Virus record (IMG/VR): IMGVR_UViG_3300018432_000002
Coordinates: 1 to 64,000 of that record
Source: a virus
Reading direction: 5' to 3' (one strand)
Length of the DNA: 64,000 nucleotides
The notes below the pieces were generated by a model. That model did no database searches, was not told the DNA's origin, and worked only from the letters and a program-made list of their open reading frames with translations. This document shows positions 23,995 to 33,221 of this stretch, in pieces (position 1 is the first letter of the stretch; each line of letters starts with the position of its first letter). A program made the translations under genes and the position numbers.

Positions 23995-26325
23995 GTGGCC
24001 GCCCGCAAGTTCGACCCGGCACGACACCCGAGGGACCGGTTCGGCCGCTTCACAAAATCCCGGACGGTCAAAGCGTCGGCGAAGGACAAGGCCGCGGCCC
24101 GGGAGGTTGCCGAAGGCTTCCAGCCGCAGGCGGTCGGCCGCCAGGAACGTGCCGCCTACCTGCAGCGGATTGCCGGCAGTCAGCCCACCGACGCGTTCGG
24201 GGATGTGCTCGAGGCGAACAAGGCGCTGCGTTCGGGTAAGGACTCGGACGCTGCCGAACGGCTCAAGGCCGCTGCGGTTGAACTTCCGGACGACATGCTG
24301 CTGTCCCGGGCGGTCCCCCTGTCGGTGTTTGGTCGCACTGACCCGCAGTCGCTGCAGGGCATGAAGGTCCGCGACGCAGGGTTCGCACCGGCGCAGCTCG
24401 GCACCGTCCGGCCCGTCGCCGACCACGTGCGCATGCACATGGCGGTTCCTGCGGGCACGCGTGCCGTGGTGAACCCGGAGACAGGCGAGATTGCCCTCGA
24501 CCACGACACCGAGATGGTCGTGGCGAAGGTCGCGGTAAACGATGCAGGCGGCGTCGACATGTGGCTGACTGTCCTGCCGAAGCAAAGCGTGCAGCGATCC
24601 GAGGACGACGGTGAGGGAGGCGACAAAACCAGCCCCACCGCAGACGGTGAGGCTGTCGAAGCGGACGACGCAGGACGCGCCGAGCTGATGAAGCTGAAGT
24701 TGCCTGAGCTGCGTGAACGGATGCGGGAACGTGGGCTGAAGCCGGGCCGTATGCGTAAATCCCAGATGGTCGACGCGCTCGTAGCTGACGAAACTGGCAA
24801 CGACGAGCCGGCAGGCGACACGCCCCCAGAACCCGAACCGCAGGCCGCACCGGATCCGGGGCCGGCCTCGGTCCCGGGCGACCAGACCGCAGCGCCGGCC
24901 ACGGATGCCCGATCGTTCGACGAACGAATCAAAGCCGCCGCCAAGGGCCGTAAAGCCCTCGACGCGATGCCGCTGTCGCTGCTACCCCGCAGCCGCGGCA
25001 ACCCGGACCTGACACCGGAACGCGCGAAGATCCTCCGGAGTCACCTGGTCGGTGAGACCGGGGATATCGACAGGGCACTCCAGAAGGGCGGCGACACCCC
25101 GAAGGCCACCGCCGACCGTGTCGCCGTTTTCGACGGCATCATGCAGGCATCGCCGCTCGGGCAGGACGCCGTCTACTACCGGGGCGCATCCACAACCCGC
25201 GGCATCTTCGGCGACGCAGCGACAGGGGATCTGACCGGCCACGAGTGGGTGGAGCACCGCTTCGCCGAGGTTTCCCCCTCTGACCAGACAGCACAAAACA
25301 TGGCCGGGGGGCGCGGAGCGGTCCTGCGGATCCTCGCCCCTCAGGGCACTGGTGCTGCCGCCATTTCCGGTGGCGCTTCCCAGGAAGTGCTGCTGGACCG
25401 CGGGCACACATGGCGGGTCGTCAAGGATTCGGGGCCCCGACAGAACGCGCCGCGCCTGATCGACGTGGAAATCGTCCCGAAGACCGGTGATGAACCAGCC
25501 CGGATCAAGCCGGTCGAAGTCGAGGTCACCACGGCCGACAATCCACTGTCGGCAGAGCAGGTGGCGGCACTGCCGGACACCCCGCTAGGCCGCAGTATCG
25601 CCTCTGGTGTCGCTTCGTCGAAGACCCTGTCGGGTGGCGCCGTCGGTGATGTGCGGCTGGTGACGTTCGGCGACGGCAGTAAAGCCATCCAAAAGATCGC
25701 CAAGGCCGACTTTGCCGGCTCGTCGCAAACCGACCTGACCGACGGTGAAGTTCTCGCAGGTCGGCTGGGGCGGGCAATCGGCGCCCCCGTGCCGGAGGTT
25801 GTTCACACCCGCCAGTACGAGATTTTCATGGAGTACGTGCCGGCCGCGAAACCCGGCATGGCCGTCCTGAACAGGTACACGGACCTGGTGGAGCGTGCCG
25901 GCAAGTGGGAAGAGTTCGTCGACTCCCGCGACGGACGGCTGCTCGGTGTCCTCGACCTGGTCACGGCGAACGCTGACCGGCATGCCGGTAACTGGCTGGT
26001 CCGTAAGGACGGCACGATCACCGGTATCGACCACGGCCTGGTGTGGTCGAAGCGGCTGACTGGTGCTCCGGATGTGCGCTCCTCCAACCCGGAGTTCGAC
26101 AGCCCGTTCGCCGGAAGGTTCTTCGGCGACAACTTCTCGGAGCGGCGCGGCTGGCAACCGAACGATCTGAGCCCGGCGGACGTTTTGTGGATGCGCCGGC
26201 AGGCCGAAGGGTTGCGGGAAGAGTTTGACCGGCGTGGGCGTGGCGACTGGCTGGACTTCACCCTGACCCGCATTGATCAGCTCGGCGAGTATGCGCGCGG
26301 AACGACGGACAGGGTGGCGACGTGA
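23995..26325 (+). CDS. multi-domain putative virion-associated effector: ART-like domain, SAP/Rho_N-like motif, second ART domain (R, SxS, E present), C-terminal PI3/PI4-kinase-like domain
   Basis: N-terminal HPRDRFGRF motif; ANKALRSG...LSRAV...GEIALD; LKLPELRERMRERGL; ILRSHL...VYYRGAS...VSPSD...SQEVLLDRG; KAIQK...DRHAGNWLV...GIDHG. Confidence 0.7.
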   Translation: MAARKFDPARHPRDRFGRFTKSRTVKASAKDKAAAREVAEGFQPQAVGRQERAAYLQRIAGSQPTDAFGDVLEANKALRSGKDSDAAERLKAAAVELPDDMLLSRAVPLSVFGRTDPQSLQGMKVRDAGFAPAQLGTVRPVADHVRMHMAVPAGTRAVVNPETGEIALDHDTEMVVAKVAVNDAGGVDMWLTVLPKQSVQRSEDDGEGGDKTSPTADGEAVEADDAGRAELMKLKLPELRERMRERGLKPGRMRKSQMVDALVADETGNDEPAGDTPPEPEPQAAPDPGPASVPGDQTAAPATDARSFDERIKAAAKGRKALDAMPLSLLPRSRGNPDLTPERAKILRSHLVGETGDIDRALQKGGDTPKATADRVAVFDGIMQASPLGQDAVYYRGASTTRGIFGDAATGDLTGHEWVEHRFAEVSPSDQTAQNMAGGRGAVLRILAPQGTGAAAISGGASQEVLLDRGHTWRVVKDSGPRQNAPRLIDVEIVPKTGDEPARIKPVEVEVTTADNPLSAEQVAALPDTPLGRSIASGVASSKTLSGGAVGDVRLVTFGDGSKAIQKIAKADFAGSSQTDLTDGEVLAGRLGRAIGAPVPEVVHTRQYEIFMEYVPAAKPGMAVLNRYTDLVERAGKWEEFVDSRDGRLLGVLDLVTANADRHAGNWLVRKDGTITGIDHGLVWSKRLTGAPDVRSSNPEFDSPFAGRFFGDNFSERRGWQPNDLSPADVLWMRRQAEGLREEFDRRGRGDWLDFTLTRIDQLGEYARGTTDRVAT

Positions 26326-27269
26326 ACGGCCGGTTCGAGCTGGTTGACGCCGAAACGGGCGATGTCCTGGACCTGGTGACGTTCACCGACGGTGAGGTTA
26401 CCTACGAGTCGGGGCTGGCCGAGTCGATTGTCGGCACCCGCCGCCGGCTCATCCCTGCCACCGGTGAGCTGCTGGCGTCGTTTGACGGCTGGTCCAACGG
26501 CTACCTGATCACCCGCCTTATTGGCGGTGAAGTTCAGGCAGCTGCGGGCGACACGGACGCCGAACGGATTCAGGCGCAGTGGGATGCGGCGAAAGCCCGT
26601 CTGCTGCGGCGCTGGCCGAAACTCGCGAAGCCGATGGTCGACGAACTCGCATCGCAAGCGGAAGGCCTGGTCGAGACGGGGGATCTGGCCCGGCTCGGTG
26701 AGCTGCAGGCCTCCGCCGGCGTGGTCGCCGCGGTTGCCGTGCCACTACGTCAGTCCGGCACGGACCTTGCAGCCGAGGCGGCTGCGGGCGTGGTGGAGGA
26801 AGCCGCCGTGCAAGACGTGTCGATCGCCGCCCCGGACGCGCCTGGTGTTGAGCGGGTGCGGCAGCACGCCGACGTGGTCGCCCGGATCATCGCGAACGGC
26901 TACGCCTCGGGTGCGGCACGAACGGCCCTGCAGCTGTCGGGCGCCGGGCCGCAGGAAGTCCGCGACGAGGTCGAACGGCACCTGACCGAACTCGGGCAGT
27001 CCACGAACGGTCTCGTCGGTACCGAGATCGGCGGGCTGCTGTCGGCGGCCCAGCACGCCGGACGGCTCGCGGTGCTCGAGCAAGAACCCGGTAACACCGT
27101 GCAGGCGATAGAGATCAACGACCTCAATCGGTGTGAACCCTGCAGCGAGGACTCGAACCGCGTCTTCCCTGATCTACGAGCCGCACTTCAGGTGTACGTC
27201 GTGGCCGGCAACCGGCATTGTCTCGGAAGATCGCGTTGTCGCGGGTACCTCCGCATGATCTGGCGCTGA
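26322..27269 (+). CDS. MuF-like head morphogenesis / minor capsid protein (tentative)
   Basis: Position after the portal; C-terminal D..NRCEPC....V....H.C....RCRG resembles the Mu F/SPP1 gp7 C-terminal motif. Confidence 0.55.
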   Translation: MNGRFELVDAETGDVLDLVTFTDGEVTYESGLAESIVGTRRRLIPATGELLASFDGWSNGYLITRLIGGEVQAAAGDTDAERIQAQWDAAKARLLRRWPKLAKPMVDELASQAEGLVETGDLARLGELQASAGVVAAVAVPLRQSGTDLAAEAAAGVVEEAAVQDVSIAAPDAPGVERVRQHADVVARIIANGYASGAARTALQLSGAGPQEVRDEVERHLTELGQSTNGLVGTEIGGLLSAAQHAGRLAVLEQEPGNTVQAIEINDLNRCEPCSEDSNRVFPDLRAALQVYVVAGNRHCLGRSRCRGYLRMIWR

Positions 27270-27303
27270 TCTGAGCGCTCCCTCGACCCGAAAGGAGGTC
27301 GAG

Positions 27304-27597
27304 GTGGAGCAGAAGCCCAGCGTCGGCCGCATCGTTCGATACGTCGGCAAGCACGGAGTGAACGCCGTACGGCCCGCCATCGTCACCGTCGACACCAGCA
27401 CCTACGTCGAGCACGACGAGGGCGTACCTCTCGACTCCGACCAGCACGTGCACCTGTGGGTGTTCACCACCAAGACCCGCACCGTCCACGAGGTGCACGG
27501 CAACGCGGACCCCGGACTGCCCGGCTTCCACGAAATGAACATCCCGCACGACGCTGACAAGGCACCCGGCACGTGGCATTGGCCGGCACGGTCGTGA
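27304..27597 (+). CDS. hypothetical protein
   Basis: GTG start with AAAGGAGG RBS. Confidence 0.55.
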   Translation: MEQKPSVGRIVRYVGKHGVNAVRPAIVTVDTSTYVEHDEGVPLDSDQHVHLWVFTTKTRTVHEVHGNADPGLPGFHEMNIPHDADKAPGTWHWPARS

Positions 27598-27609
27598 GGC
27601 GGGTGAGCG

Positions 27610-29364
27610 ATGCCTGACGTCGAACTCGCGCGCCGTGAAGGCGTAGAGCTTGTGAACTCCGGTTCGTGGCAGCTCCTCTCCGGCAGCTGGAACCCGAACA
27701 GCAAAGACATCGCCGACGCTGTTGAAGCGTCCAAATGCCCCGCCGTACGCCGTCCCCGACTCAAACTGGGACACCTGGACGAGCGGTTCAATCCCGCAGA
27801 CAATGCGGTCCTCGACGGCACACCGGCGCTCGGTTGGTTCGACAACCTGCGCGCCAGCGCCGACGGCAACACCCTTGTCGGGGATCAGGTGGCGCTGCCA
27901 TGGCTGTCAGCCGTCCAGCCTGCCGCATGGCCCGACCGGTCGATTGAGGGCAAGTATCAGTCGCAGTGCGCTTTGGGCCATACCCACCCGTTTGTGGTGA
28001 CGGCGGTGTCGCTGCTAGGTGAAACCCCGCCGGGCATCCCGACACTGAAGTCCATCAAGACTCTCGACGATCTGCCCGCCGCCCTTGGTGTGGCGGCCTC
28101 CGGCGAAGCGTCCGAGGGCGGCGAAAGCGTCCAGGCGATCATCCGTGCTTCCGTCGAGGTGCACACCGGCACGATGGTGGCGCTGATCCCCACCGCCGAG
28201 GATGCGGCACGGCTAGCGGTCGGCGGGGGCGAGCCGGCCGACGAGCTGCACTGCACCTTGGCCTACCTGGGTGACGCCGCAGCCCTGGGCGCCGGTGGCC
28301 GCCAGGATGTCCTCGACGGCGTGACCCGTGCGGCGAACGGCCTGCCCGAGATCGAGGCGGACGCTTTCAGCCTGAACGTTTTCAACCCCGGAACGGCCAG
28401 CGACCGGGACACGTGCATTGTGCTCGGCCTGTCCGGCGATCCGATCGACGCCGTTCACGATCTGGTGTCGGAGGCGCTGCGGGAAGCCCTGTGGGATCGG
28501 CTGCTGGAACTGCCGCCCCCGCACCGCCCTTGGCACGCGCACATGACCTTGGAGTACACCGAGGACCTGGCGCGTCTGACCGCCCTCACCGACCGGATCG
28601 GCCCGGTCCGGTTCGACCGGATCCGGATCGCGTTCGGCGGTGAACGCATCGACATTCCGCTGATCCCGCCCAGCGAGGACGAGACGGTGGCCGCGTCGGC
28701 TGCCATCCGGGACCGCATCGCACCGATCCGCGAGCGACTGGCCCGGCTCGAAACCGTCGCCGCTGCGGCAAGCCCCACCTCTGATCTCCCGGCCGCCGAG
28801 CCGGAGCAAGAAATCAACCCCGAACCGATTGAGGAGGACTTTGTGTCCACCGAACTGAGCGGTCTCCGCTCACGGCTCGGCCTGCCCGACGACGCCGACC
28901 TTGCCGCCATTGAGGCGAAGGTCGACGCGATCAAGGCGGACGCCGAGAAGACCCCCGAGCCGACCCCCGAGATGGTCGCTGCTTCCGCCGCCGCCGTCGA
29001 GCAGGCCACCAAGGCTGAGGCGGAGAAGGACGAGCTCCGCAAGGAAGTCCAGGTCCTTGCCTCGCAGATGCAGCAGGTCACCACGGAGCTGTCCGCGGCG
29101 AAGGCAGCCCAGGCTGCCACCGTCAAGGCCAGCGTGTTCGACGCTGCGATCAAGGACGGCAAGCTGAAGCCCGCCGACCGCGAGCAGTGGGAGAAGGACT
29201 ACGACGAGGCGCCGGGCGCGATCACCCGCGTCCTGGCGTCCATCGCTGTCGGCACCGCCGTTCCGGTGATGGCGTCCGGCACCGTCGGTGACCCGGAGCC
29301 GCAAGGCTCCGACGACGACTGGGACGCCATCGTTTCCCGCCTCGACAGCCCGAAGGCGGTCTGA
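27610..29364 (+). CDS. Mu gpI-like protease/scaffolding protein with an embedded 2H phosphoesterase (LigT-like) domain
   Basis: N-domain LGH...ALGWFDNL...DGNTL...SIEG...AVSLLGETPPGIP; two HxT motifs, HCTLAY (nt 28249) and HMTLEY (nt 28540); C-terminal coiled coil ...AAIKDGKLKPADREQWEKDY. Confidence 0.7.
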   Translation: MPDVELARREGVELVNSGSWQLLSGSWNPNSKDIADAVEASKCPAVRRPRLKLGHLDERFNPADNAVLDGTPALGWFDNLRASADGNTLVGDQVALPWLSAVQPAAWPDRSIEGKYQSQCALGHTHPFVVTAVSLLGETPPGIPTLKSIKTLDDLPAALGVAASGEASEGGESVQAIIRASVEVHTGTMVALIPTAEDAARLAVGGGEPADELHCTLAYLGDAAALGAGGRQDVLDGVTRAANGLPEIEADAFSLNVFNPGTASDRDTCIVLGLSGDPIDAVHDLVSEALREALWDRLLELPPPHRPWHAHMTLEYTEDLARLTALTDRIGPVRFDRIRIAFGGERIDIPLIPPSEDETVAASAAIRDRIAPIRERLARLETVAAAASPTSDLPAAEPEQEINPEPIEEDFVSTELSGLRSRLGLPDDADLAAIEAKVDAIKADAEKTPEPTPEMVAASAAAVEQATKAEAEKDELRKEVQVLASQMQQVTTELSAAKAAQAATVKASVFDAAIKDGKLKPADREQWEKDYDEAPGAITRVLASIAVGTAVPVMASGTVGDPEPQGSDDDWDAIVSRLDSPKAV

Positions 29365-29366
29365 TC

Positions 29367-29726
29367 ATGGGTGCCTACGAACCGCAGTTCCTGTACGGCG
29401 ATGTCATCACCGGCACCGCCTCGGCGACGATCGTCGGCGGGCAGACCCTGATCGTGTCCGGCAACGGCACCGTCGGCCCCGCCACGGCCACTTCCCCGGC
29501 CGTCATCGGTGTCGCCGCGTATGACGCCGCGAACACCGAGGACGTGTCGTACTTCCCCCGCGGGAAAGTCCACATCTCCACCGCGTCGGGCTCCATCACC
29601 GCTGGTGCCCGCGTCGACTCCGGTGCCGCCGGCACGGTCGCCTCGGGCGCGGCGTCGGTGAACAACATCGGGATCGCCCTGACCACCGCCGCGGACACCG
29701 CGCTGGTGACGTGGATGGAGATCTGA
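29367..29726 (+). CDS. DUF2190-type head decoration-like protein
   Basis: 119 aa, Gly/Ala/Val-rich beta pattern (VIGVAAYDA...GKVHI...IGIALT); lies between scaffold and capsid. Confidence 0.6.
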   Translation: MGAYEPQFLYGDVITGTASATIVGGQTLIVSGNGTVGPATATSPAVIGVAAYDAANTEDVSYFPRGKVHISTASGSITAGARVDSGAAGTVASGAASVNNIGIALTTAADTALVTWMEI

Positions 29727-29740
29727 CCCGCACCACCGTG

Positions 29741-29778
29741 GCGGCGCCCTTCCTGACGGGCGGGCGCCGCACTTTCTG
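29741..29778 (+). terminator. rho-independent terminator-like hairpin
   Basis: GCGGCGCCC (29741-49) pairs with GGGCGCCGC (29762-70), followed by ACTTTCTG. Confidence 0.6.
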
Positions 29779-29816
29779 AACATCGTCTTTCCAGGCCCCA
29801 CGCATCGCGTGCGGGT

Positions 29817-29834
29817 CTTTTCGTCATGCCCGGA
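29817..29834 (+). repeat. intergenic motif copy 1 (hairpin + CTTTTCGTCATGCCCGGA) upstream of the major capsid gene
   Basis: Shares the exact 16-mer TTTCGTCATGCCCGGA with copy 3. Confidence 0.7.
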
Positions 29835-29861
29835 TACCGGGCGCAAGAAAGGACTACCACC

Positions 29862-30797
29862 GTGCCCGGTGCCTACCCCCCAAGCGGCCCGTCGCTGACG
29901 GGTGACCTGCTCTCCGTCCACCGCCTCCTGCAGAACCCCACCTACCTGCAGCGCCGGCTGCGCGGCATCCCGGACCTGCGGTTCATCGCCGACCGTGTCC
30001 TGACGCAGCGGCTGCGGACCTCCGGCGGTGCGGTGGCGTACGAGATCGGTGAGCCGATCGTGAACGCCCGCCCGATCCGGGCGGTGTCGCCGGGTGCCGA
30101 GTACCCGCGTGACAGCCCGGCCGACGGCACTGCCGCCCTGGCGAAGGTGTCGAAGTGGGGCGAGGCGGTCCCGCTGACCGACGAGAAGCTGAAGCGGTCG
30201 GTGTACATGGGTGACGAGGTGAACCGCACCCTGCGCAAGGCGGCGAACACCATCATCAGCAAGGTCGACAAGCTGACCACGACCGCCGCGGCTTCGGCGA
30301 TCACGGCGACGTCGGCTGCGGCGCAGACGTGGGACAACGCGTCGGCGCTGCTGTTCCGTGACGTGGAGAAGGCCGCGGCGAAGATCGTCGACGCGAACCA
30401 GGGCTACCGCCCCAACACGATCATGATGTCGACGACGAAGTACGCGATGCTCGTCACCGACCCGGCGATCGCCGCCCTCCGCAAGCGGGAGGACTCGACG
30501 AACCCGATCTACGGCGGGTCGATCGAGTCTCTCGGCAAGTACAACATCGTGGCGACGGCGCTGGCGAACCTGCCCTCCGACGACGTGTGGATCTTCGACG
30601 ACAACGAGCTCGGCGGCATGGCCGACGAGAACGAGGTCGACCCGGGCTACGCGACGATGGACAACAACCTGCAGTTCAAGGTCATCCGGAAGGAGTCCCG
30701 CGATGCGTGGGACATCCAGTGCCGGCGGATCACCGTCCCGGTCGTGCTGGAGCCGGCCGCCGGTGTGAAGATCACCGGTACTGGGGCGCTGGGCTGA
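29862..30797 (+). CDS. major capsid protein (HK97-fold type)
   Basis: Position, size, and AAGAAAGGA RBS before GTG 29862 (the ORF-track ATG 29826 lies inside a repeated intergenic motif). Confidence 0.8.
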   Translation: MPGAYPPSGPSLTGDLLSVHRLLQNPTYLQRRLRGIPDLRFIADRVLTQRLRTSGGAVAYEIGEPIVNARPIRAVSPGAEYPRDSPADGTAALAKVSKWGEAVPLTDEKLKRSVYMGDEVNRTLRKAANTIISKVDKLTTTAAASAITATSAAAQTWDNASALLFRDVEKAAAKIVDANQGYRPNTIMMSTTKYAMLVTDPAIAALRKREDSTNPIYGGSIESLGKYNIVATALANLPSDDVWIFDDNELGGMADENEVDPGYATMDNNLQFKVIRKESRDAWDIQCRRITVPVVLEPAAGVKITGTGALG

Positions 30798-31285
30798 TGA
30801 GCGTCTACCAGGTGGTCGCTGAGTGCGCCCACGTCACCATGGATGGCCCGACTGGTCGGGCGGTGAACCTGCTGATGAAGGGTGCGCACGTCCCGGCGGA
30901 CGCCCCGGAACTGAAGCGGCTGCTGGCGGACAAGTTCGTTGCCGAGGTCGGTAAGGACGACACCGGTGGTGTGGACGCCTATGGAATCCCGGCGGGTGCT
31001 TACGGGGCGGATGTCCCGGCGAACCTGACGACGACTCCGCTGGAGAAGTCCGAGGAGCAGCGCAAGGCCGAGGCGGAAGCCGAGGCCAACTACCGCGCCG
31101 CCGCCGACCTGGCGGAGAAGCGTCAGGCGGCGAAGGCGAAGCTGCCCGAGGACGGTTCGGAGCCGGATGGCCGCGCCGGCCAGGACGTCTGGGTGGAGTA
31201 CCTCGTCGCCCGCGGAAGCATGTACGAGGACGTGAAGGACGCGTCGAAGGCTGATCTGCGGAAGCTCGCCGAGCAGCAGTCGTAG
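30797..31285 (+). CDS. hypothetical head-module protein (E/A/K-rich centre)
   Basis: TGATG coupling to the capsid gene; within ORF 30587..31285. Confidence 0.6.
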   Translation: MSVYQVVAECAHVTMDGPTGRAVNLLMKGAHVPADAPELKRLLADKFVAEVGKDDTGGVDAYGIPAGAYGADVPANLTTTPLEKSEEQRKAEAEAEANYRAAADLAEKRQAAKAKLPEDGSEPDGRAGQDVWVEYLVARGSMYEDVKDASKADLRKLAEQQS

Positions 31286-31375
31286 CAGTCGTGGGGGTGC
31301 CGGCTCCGGACGGCCGGCATCCCCGCCCACCTTCGGGGGTGTTGCGTGCAGCCTTCACGTCTGCAGGAGCAGGAC

Positions 31376-31522
31376 ATGATCGCCCGGCAGTTGGCGCAGC
31401 AGGCCAAGGACATGGCGGCGCAGAGTGTGGCGGGCATGGCTGCTGTCACCCCGTCGTTCGGGACGGCGCTGCTGGCTGTCGGCGCGGGCGCCGTCGTGCA
31501 GGTACTCGCGTTCCGGGTGTAG
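31376..31522 (+). CDS. small hydrophobic-tailed protein (48 aa; alternative GTG 31346)
   Basis: GGAG RBS before ATG 31376; high GC3; below the ORF-track cutoff. Confidence 0.35.
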   Translation: MIARQLAQQAKDMAAQSVAGMAAVTPSFGTALLAVGAGAVVQVLAFRV

Positions 31523-31550
31523 CCCGAGCCCCTTCTTTCCGTTTCGTGAA

Positions 31551-31586
31551 GCCGCTCCGGGCGGCCTTTTGCCATGCCCGAAGGAG
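31551..31586 (+). repeat. intergenic motif copy 2 (hairpin GCCGC/GCGGC + CTTTTGCCATGCCCGAAGGAG)
   Basis: Read directly upstream of ATG 31592. Confidence 0.6.
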
Positions 31587-31591
31587 CCGCG

Positions 31592-31909
31592 ATGCGCAGC
31601 CCGATCCTGCTCGAGCCACCCGTCACCCGATGGGAATGCGGCTCCTGCTCCTACAAGGACGTCACGCGCACCCACGGCCCTCACTCGCGCTTCCATCCGT
31701 GCGCCGGCCTGGGTGGGCTGACCGCGCCGATGGTCCCCGAAGGCGAAAGCCGGAAGGTCACCACGCTGGAGCGCGAGGACTACATCGGCGGTGAAGACGT
31801 CCAGTACGCCAACGGACGGCCTGTGATGCAAACCGTGACCGAGCACGACGACGGGCACACCGACGTGATCGTGTACGCGCCCACCGCGCATTCAAGGAGC
31901 GTGGGATGA
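31592..31909 (+). CDS. hypothetical protein
   Basis: GAAGGAG RBS before ATG 31592; within ORF 31574..31909. Confidence 0.55.
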   Translation: MRSPILLEPPVTRWECGSCSYKDVTRTHGPHSRFHPCAGLGGLTAPMVPEGESRKVTTLEREDYIGGEDVQYANGRPVMQTVTEHDDGHTDVIVYAPTAHSRSVG

Positions 31910-32175
31910 CCAGCAGCAACGGCGTCGGCGCATACAACGCGACCGTACGGGCAGCCGAACCGCACCACATCGTTCAGGCTGCCCGCGAGCAGCGGGTGAC
32001 AGACGCGGCGGCTGCGGTTACACACCTCGAAGAGAAGATCGCCTCCGTCGAAGCCGACTGTGAAGCGGACCCGAAGTGGCGTAAGACGCGACTGGCCGCA
32101 CTGAACACCAATCTTGAGACAGCTACGGCCGAGGCCGATAACGCGCGCTGCGAGGCGCAGGAAGGTGCGGAGTAA
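31906..32175 (+). CDS. hypothetical helical protein
   Basis: ATGA coupling. Confidence 0.5.
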   Translation: MTSSNGVGAYNATVRAAEPHHIVQAAREQRVTDAAAAVTHLEEKIASVEADCEADPKWRKTRLAALNTNLETATAEADNARCEAQEGAE

Positions 32176-32657
32176 TGGCATTCGGCAGCACTAGCTCGGT
32201 GTTCCGTGAGTGGAACGTCATGATGCTCAACAACTCGGGTACCTCGTACACCGGAATCGACAGTGACACGATCTTGGCGGCGTTGTTCAACAACTCCGTC
32301 ACTCCCGACAAAGACGCCGTGGTTGGCTCGACCGGCTACAACACCGGCACGTGGGTGACCGCCAACGAGCTGACGGACGCCAACTGGGCTGCGAAGGGCC
32401 GGGCGCTCGCGTCCAAGACGATCACCACCCCGACGACGGGTGTTGTCATGTTCGACGCGGCGGACACGGCCGGCGCGGGCAACGTCACCATCTCCAACGC
32501 GTACGGGGTGTTGGTTTTGGACGACAGCGTCACGGGAGGCAGCGTGGTGGATCAAGGGATCTGCTTCAACGCCTTCGGTGGTGCGGCATCGGTCACGGCC
32601 GGTTCGTTCACGGTGGCCTGGAATGCCAACGGCGTTGCTCGTTGGACCTCCTCCTGA
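32175..32657 (+). CDS. hypothetical structural protein (beta-rich)
   Basis: TAATG coupling; 160 aa. Confidence 0.6.
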   Translation: MAFGSTSSVFREWNVMMLNNSGTSYTGIDSDTILAALFNNSVTPDKDAVVGSTGYNTGTWVTANELTDANWAAKGRALASKTITTPTTGVVMFDAADTAGAGNVTISNAYGVLVLDDSVTGGSVVDQGICFNAFGGAASVTAGSFTVAWNANGVARWTSS

Positions 32658-32687
32658 TCAGCGGTTCCTACTGACGGGAGGTGAGCC

Positions 32688-33209
32688 ATGGCTACCGGAT
32701 CAATCTTGCTCACGCCTGGCGCCGCGATCCTGCCGGACGGGTCGGCGTCGAATGCGGCCCCCGGTCTCGCTCGAGTGAAGTCCTCGGCAACCGCGCCGGG
32801 TATCTACTTCCTGCATTTGCTGTTCGACACCACGACGGAAGAGTGGTGTACCTGGCAGTTCCGGATGCCCGCCGACTATGCGTCAGCCCCCGTGGCGGTG
32901 GTGCAGTACAAGATGGCGTCGGCCACATCGGGTGGCGTGGCGTGGGATGTGCGGGTCGCGGCGGTGTCGGATGGCGACAGTGTTGACGTGGACGCGAAGG
33001 GCTTCGGATCCGCGAACACCGGCACCGCAACAGTGCCGGGGACGGCGGGCTACCTCGACGAGGTGTCGGTGACTCTGTCTAACGCGGACAGTGTGGCAGC
33101 CGGGGACTTCGTGGTGATCCGGCTGGCGCGGGCGGTCGCGAACGGGGCCGACACGGCCTCCGGTGACGCCGAATGCGTAGGGATTTCCGTTCAGTACACG
33201 ACCACCTAG
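32688..33209 (+). CDS. hypothetical structural protein (beta-sandwich-like)
   Basis: GGGAGG RBS; 173 aa. Confidence 0.6.
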   Translation: MATGSILLTPGAAILPDGSASNAAPGLARVKSSATAPGIYFLHLLFDTTTEEWCTWQFRMPADYASAPVAVVQYKMASATSGGVAWDVRVAAVSDGDSVDVDAKGFGSANTGTATVPGTAGYLDEVSVTLSNADSVAAGDFVVIRLARAVANGADTASGDAECVGISVQYTTT

Positions 33210-33221
33210 CAGGGGGTCGGT

